Positions 61,260 through 64,000 of a stretch of DNA of 64,000 nucleotides are shown here, in pieces. Origin of the DNA: the human T2T-CHM13v2.0 reference genome, Homo sapiens. Within the stretch, counting starts at the first letter, position 1. Each line of letters starts with the position of its first letter. Where the stretch lies: the NCBI RefSeq assembly GCF_009914755.1, contig NC_060926.1, one strand, 5' to 3'. The notes below the pieces were generated by a model. It saw only the letters and a list, made by a program, of their open reading frames with translations. It searched no databases and was not told where the DNA came from. The position numbers were made by a program, and so were the translations under genes.

Positions 61260-63660
61260 AAGATTGATATTGGCAAAAATAGACAACATGCAAAACTAGA
61301 CAACATGCAAAACTAGATGTGTAATGTCAGCAGAGATATGAAAACTGTGAGAAAAAATTAAAAGGCAATCCTGAAAAAGCACTCTTACTGCTCAACAATA
61401 AGAAAATAAATAACTAAATTTTAAAAAGTTTAAGGTATCTGAACAAATATTTCACCAAATAAGATATACTAATGGAAATAAGAATATTAAAAATTCAACA
61501 TTATTTTCCATAAAAGAAATGCAAATTCCGTAACAATGAACTATCACTAAACACCTATTAGAATAGCTAATAACAAAAAATTGACAATACCAATTTCTGG
61601 CACATGCTAAACAACATCTCATTTATTGCTGGTAAGAAGGCAAAATGTATAGCCATTTTGGAGGACAGTCTAGCAATACCTTTTAAAACTAAACGTAGTC
61701 TTAATTATATAATCTATCAATCACAATTGAAAGGTATCCACCTAATCTATTTGAAAACTTATCCACACCAAAACTTGCACACAAAAAATGTTTACAACAA
61801 CTTTATTCACAATCACCCAGAACTGTGGATAAACTGTGGTATGAATATGCAATAGAATACTATCCAGTGATAACAATGAGTGAACTATTAATCCACAGAA
61901 CAACATGTATGGGTTTGAAATGCATATTACTAAGTGAAGCAAGCTAGACTGAAAATGCTATAAACTGTGTGATTCCATTTATATGACATTATGGAGAAGA
62001 GGAAGAAGAGGGAGAAGAAGGAGACAGAGGAAGAAGAAAGTAGATTTGTATTTGCTTGAGGTGGAGGAAGAGAGGAGTGTTGAATAGCTAATGCATAGAA
62101 ATATTGTTAAGGCAATAAAATTATTCTGTATGTTGCTGTAGTGGTGGATATATGACATTATTTATTTGCCAAAGGCCATAGAACTCTATAGCACAAATGA
62201 GACATACTGTATACAATTATTTTAAAAAATTAGTGAGTCTGGGATCCCAGCATAGAATGCAGATTAGAACAAAATAATATGACTGTATGACAAATCTATG
62301 ACAACCTCACTGAACGTGTTATAGACAAGAAGGCCTGACCTCAATAACTTTGAAAATGAATAGAAGTATAAGACTAAAGGAAAAAGAAACTATCCATTAA
62401 CACTGAACTCTAATTGGTAAACAATTTTTTTTTTCTTCTGGGTATGGGTTAATTATTTGGAAACTACTCTACATTTTTAGTGGGTTTGGGCAAAAAAGTG
62501 AATGGATGGCATATGGTGGGACTTACTTAGATTCTCACTCATTGGAGCAGGAGGTTAAAAGCAAATGAGAGAGAAAGTTGGAATTAACCATAAGATGTAA
62601 ACTTAGAGTTGGAGATATAGATGGGTAAATATAGAAACAATTATAGAGGTCTTTGTGTTGTATAAACAGATTAGTATACATAGATATATTTCCCCAGGCT
62701 CTGTCCAGTGAAAGAGCAAAGATATTCCAATAACAATGAACACAACCAGCACCCAAAACTAGATTTCAAATTTTATTGACTAATAAAAGGAACAAGGTCT
62801 CCTTAGAGAAATGGCTGATTCTTGTCCTTGGGCAGTGAATACATGAGGTAAGCCTAGAGTCATTTGCAGTTCCTAAAAGTAAGGAAATGTTCAACAAAGA
62901 CGATAATGGGGATGCATCAAGGTGACAGAGGAGCCAAATAAAAGAACTCCCAATGGCAAAGCTGGAAACCATTAAAGCAACAAAATAATGTATTAAGAAA
63001 ATTAGTGTAGTACTAGATTATAATCCAAGTTATAAAATAAATAGCTATGCTTCTAAATGAGTAAATAAATAAATGGAAGAGAATAGGCAAATTTCCCATA
63101 CAAAAAAAAATAATTTATGTAGATATTCTCCTTAAAAGGTAGTGGAATATAGCTTTCACGCCTTGAATGTAATGTGAACATTGCAATTTCCTTCCAAAGA
63201 CTACAGTATGGAAAGAAGGGAAATGGAGCAATTTGAGTGTGGAATGACCCAATAAGCCCTTCCTCAGAACAGGTGCTCAAAGTCAATATCAACAGTGATG
63301 AGTCACATTAATCATATGTACCCTAGACATGATGTGATGAAAATGGTCCTTTCTCTTTGCAGTCTTCCTCCTAAGAAACTATAGCTTAAGTCTGAGTAGC
63401 AGAAAAACATTAGCAAATCCATATTAAGAGACATTCCAAAACTGGATCAGTATTGCTCAAAACTGCCAAGGTCATCATAAAAAATAAAAGTCTGAGAAAT
63501 TGTTTTAGCATAGAGGAGCATACAGAGATGTGATATAGCTAAATATAATGTGGCATCATGGATGGGATCCTGAAACAGAAAAGGAATATTATGGAAAAAC
63601 TAAAGTAATTCAAACTAAGTGAAGACCTTATCTTAGTTAATAATATACCAACATTGGTTT

Positions 63661-63887
63661 AGTCAAGCGAGGTGGCATATGCCTACAGTCCCAGCTACAG
63701 TTTGGGAGGCTGAGGCAGAAGGATTATTTGAGGCCAGGAGTTTGAGGACAGCCTAGGTAACATAGTGAGAACCCTGTCTTAAAGAAAAGAAAGAAAGGAG
63801 AGAGAGAGAGAGAGAGGGAGAGAGAGAGAGAGAGAAAGAAAAGAAAGAAAGAAAGGAAGGAAGGAAAGAAAGAGGAAAAGGAAAAAA
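63661..63887 (+). mobile_element. Free Alu monomer (FLAM-like) with a GA/GAAA/GGAA-rich tail
   Basis: Single arm 'ggattatttgaggccaggagtttgagg...catagtgaga'; purine tail 63781-63887; degenerate TSD aacattggttt / aaaattagttt. Confidence 0.82.
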
Positions 63888-64000
63888 TTAGTTTATTAAT
63901 TGTGACAACTGTTTCCTATTAGTGTAATATGTAAATAAGGCAACTGGGGGTGACGTACATTGAGACCTTCTGTACCCTTTGCAACTTCTGTGTAAATCTA

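Overview
AT-rich primate (almost certainly human or great-ape) nuclear DNA from a gene desert or a very long intron. I can support no host protein-coding exon, RNA gene or prokaryotic-type system. Roughly half or more of the window is interspersed repeats. The main element is a full-length ~6.05 kb young LINE-1 (L1PA2/L1PA3-type, + strand, ~9141-15190) with an 18-bp target-site duplication (TSD), a CpG-rich 5'UTR promoter and an open antisense ORF0. Its ORF1 carries one nonsense codon and its ORF2 three 1-bp frameshifts. Also present: a complete HERV-W solo LTR (LTR17, 21725-22503), a complete HERV-K(HML-3) solo LTR (MER9, 30069-30581), a MER31-like LTR, a decayed ERVL pol/integrase fragment, several MaLR LTRs, about 17 Alu/FLAM elements, ancient L1M fragments, MIR/L2 and hAT remnants, microsatellites and two long AT-rich tracts. 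The most interesting observations concern mechanism: a twin-primed (5'-inverted) L1 whose tail became a ~225-bp AT tract, an AluY with many substitutions that copy the neighbouring base, a nested Alu pair sharing one TSD, ancient L1s lacking ORF2, and a few splice-signal candidates including a recursive-splice-like AG|GTGAGT site. Subfamily names come from remembered consensus motifs, not a database search. I did not find convincing evidence of a previously undescribed biological system.
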